Of a DNA stretch of 64,000 nucleotides, positions 62,501 to 64,000 are shown in pieces. Made by a program: the position numbers and the translations under genes. The notes beneath the pieces were generated by a model that was not told the origin of the DNA, searched no databases, and saw nothing but the letters and a program-made list of their open reading frames with translations. The DNA lies in assembly GCA_002633005.1 (NCBI GenBank), contig NMRA01000204.1, positions 275,645 through 339,644 of the forward strand. The letters are read 5' to 3'. This stretch comes from Phoronis australis (taxonomy: Eukaryota > Animalia > Phoronida). The stretch's first letter is position 1; every line of letters starts with the position of its first letter.

Positions 62501-64000
62501 GTAAAATAAACAACCCAGAGTGACCAAGAAGGTAACATTCCCCTTTAGATGATACTAATGTTCATTCGGAGTTTGTATATTTTCAAAGAAGTACAAAATA
62601 TAAGATGGTCGTTTCCACACTGCATAATTATTAATGTAACCACTGTCCGTACCATATTTTTCACCCTAGCTCATCAGCTCAAACAAATCAATTGTCCACG
62701 ATCTCTCAACTTGTGTGTTGCCATCCTAACATCACATCCATCTTGTTCATTCACCATTCAGACCAACTACCACATGTTACCTAGTATTCTATTGCAGCAC
62801 TCCATCCCAGCTATGGAGCTGAGGCAGCCGTTCTTCCCCACTCACATGGGTCTGACCAAACTGAGGCTGTTCCATCGGACGCTACTCAAGCGCTACACCT
62901 ACGGCCCCATGAGTGAGCCTGGCCCCAAGTCTGTACTGCCCCTGTTGAAGACCATCAGGAGAAAAGCCAAGGTAAGGTTGCAGTTCAGTTCGACGTTTTT
63001 GCGTTTTCTTATTACAAGTAGGTACAGTTGACCTAAGGCGTGTTTGCATATTCATATTCTTTCCTGTGTCCCTTGGGTTTATGGATTACAATAACAAGGT
63101 GGAAACAAAATATCCATGTCGGCATACTGTTTCCTACATTCACATTTCTTTCTATCCACAGATGCGAGAGCTGGAACGACAAGCTGCAGGCGGAGGTGAG
63201 ATTTTCTTCATGCGAGCCCCCCAGGACTTGACAGGCATGGATGGGGAGCTGATACTGGCCGAGTACTCCGAGGAGTGGCCCCCCGTGCTGTCGCAGGTCG
63301 GCATGGCAACCAAGATCAAGAACTACTACAAAAGGGTAGGTGATGGCTGTGAGTCGGAGTCTTTTCTTTCTATTTTGTATGATGCAGCGCAATCATTAAG
63401 GGTGTGTGGGACATTAGAAGATTTTCTGACTTTAGTTATCTTTGGAACGTCATATCTCAGAAACGGCCGATCAGATTTCTATGAAACTTTCAAATACCAC
63501 TCTTTATCCAGTGTTCCCCAAAACGTTATCAGGGATTGTTTAAGTGTTCCACTTTTGCCTGAGGGCTCTCATAAAACGGGACTTTTTCGCGAAATAATTA
63601 AGCTGCACAAAACGAAAATGAAATTATATTTTGAAAAACTGTAACACAGGTTTTTGAAATCTCACCTTCAATAAGATGTTATCGATACTGTTGTTTTGCT
63701 ATCAGCCTTTCTTTTTTGCTAAATAGACATGGTTCAATAGTTCAGTTAATCACAGATTGGTACTAAGAAGTCAAATATCAAGTTCTGAAGGTTTTCAAAA
63801 TTCAATTACTACTGGTTAAATACGCAGACATGTCAATAATTTTCTACAAAATCATATTGAGTTAAGAAACATGTATGTTTTCTAGACCACCTGGAACTTG
63901 TTCGTATGGAGATCATGTACTGCAAGCATGGCATTTTTGTGATAGCCAGTAGTTACATCAGTATAGATATATTGTTGTTTTTATTACTTTTCAGAAACCA
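53459..64000 (+). CDS. TAF1: Transcription initiation factor TFIID subunit 1, 5' part: join(53459-53578,54445-54553,55219-55335,55745-55875,56243-56365,56695-56791,57399/57420-57562,58154-58333,58848-59064,59587-59783,60134-60262,60758-60826,61393-61506,62798-62971,63162-63335,63995->64000)
   Basis: TAND motif [102 protein letters not shown] and [18 protein letters not shown]. Phases are consistent; the gene continues past the window end. Confidence 0.95.
54445..54553 (+). CDS. TAF1: TAF1 exon 2
   Basis: ttgtag|[23 protein letters not shown]...|gtgag. Confidence 0.92.
55219..55335 (+). CDS. TAF1: TAF1 exon 3
   Basis: ctccag|[21 protein letters not shown]...|gtgag. Confidence 0.92.
55745..55875 (+). 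CDS. TAF1: TAF1 exon 4
   Basis: [24 protein letters not shown]...|gtgag; both boundaries are somewhat uncertain. Confidence 0.8.
56243..56365 (+). CDS. TAF1: TAF1 exon 5
   Basis: acgtag|AAQTK...[10 protein letters not shown]...[13 protein letters not shown]|gtatg. Confidence 0.92.
56695..56791 (+). CDS. TAF1: TAF1 exon 6
   Basis: ttcaag|[10 protein letters not shown]...[11 protein letters not shown]..|gttgg. Confidence 0.88.
57399..57562 (+). CDS. TAF1: TAF1 exon 7 (acceptor at 57399 or 57420, both in frame)
   Basis: ...[12 protein letters not shown]...EECLTDDE|gtaag. Confidence 0.82.
57553..57674 (+). repeat. 2 x 61-bp tandem duplication spanning the TAF1 exon 7 donor
   Basis: tgatgaYgaggtaRgggagataatgtggacttgagtgttggagttggcatgcacacccaat x2. 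Confidence 0.95.
58154..58333 (+). CDS. TAF1: TAF1 exon 8
   Basis: accag|ELIRRP...[15 protein letters not shown]...[10 protein letters not shown]|gtaaa. Confidence 0.93.
58848..59064 (+). CDS. TAF1: TAF1 exon 9
   Basis: NAGNAG acceptor aagaag; [19 protein letters not shown]...[10 protein letters not shown]|gtatg. Confidence 0.92.
59516..59588 (+). repeat. 3 x about 25-bp tandem repeat spanning the TAF1 exon 10 acceptor
   Basis: ctagttatatt(tt)actattgtagtg x3 (25, 23 and 25 bp). Confidence 0.95.
59587..59783 (+). CDS. TAF1: TAF1 exon 10
   Basis: ttgtag|...[26 protein letters not shown]|gtttg. Confidence 0.9.
60134..60262 (+). CDS. TAF1: TAF1 exon 11
   Basis: tttcag|[27 protein letters not shown]...KKEK|gtaca. 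Confidence 0.93.
60758..60826 (+). CDS. TAF1: TAF1 exon 12
   Basis: tgttag|[23 protein letters not shown]|gtagt. Confidence 0.92.
61393..61506 (+). CDS. TAF1: TAF1 exon 13
   Basis: ttctag|[21 protein letters not shown]...GGNLIQ|gtaca. Confidence 0.93.
61507..61710 (+). repeat. 4 x 51-bp minisatellite beginning at the TAF1 exon 13 donor GT
   Basis: Units like gtacattgatggtcctggggacttagagagcactcacagagtgcaggcaga start at 61507, 61558, 61609 and 61660. Confidence 0.95.
62798..62971 (+). CDS. TAF1: TAF1 exon 14
   Basis: ttgcag|[18 protein letters not shown]...[10 protein letters not shown]|gtaag. Confidence 0.94.
63162..63335 (+). CDS. TAF1: TAF1 exon 15
   Basis: cacag|[18 protein letters not shown]...KIKNYYKR|gtagg. 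Confidence 0.94.

Overview
AT-rich, intron-rich eukaryotic DNA from an invertebrate animal (inferred from gene content; species not determinable). Three spliced genes were reconstructed by hand, all with GT-AG introns and consistent phases. (1) A canonical TRP channel (TRPC4/5/trp-gamma-like) on +, 11 coding exons, 3587-31708, 1000 aa, possibly with a further upstream exon. (2) CYP20A1, an orphan cytochrome P450, on -, 11 exons, 51499-40475, 472 aa. (3) The 5' part of TAF1 on +, from 53459 to beyond the window end, head-to-head with CYP20A1. Introns hold several non-autonomous DNA transposons, including a 2.4-kb TA-flanked element with perfect 24-bp TIRs and an inverted sister copy at the window start. 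The most unusual signals are a candidate nested, decayed gene for a secreted Cys-rich (Ly6/three-finger-like) protein in TRPC intron 1, and four tandem duplications at TAF1 exon-intron junctions. No prokaryotic features, CRISPR arrays, rRNA or tRNA were seen.
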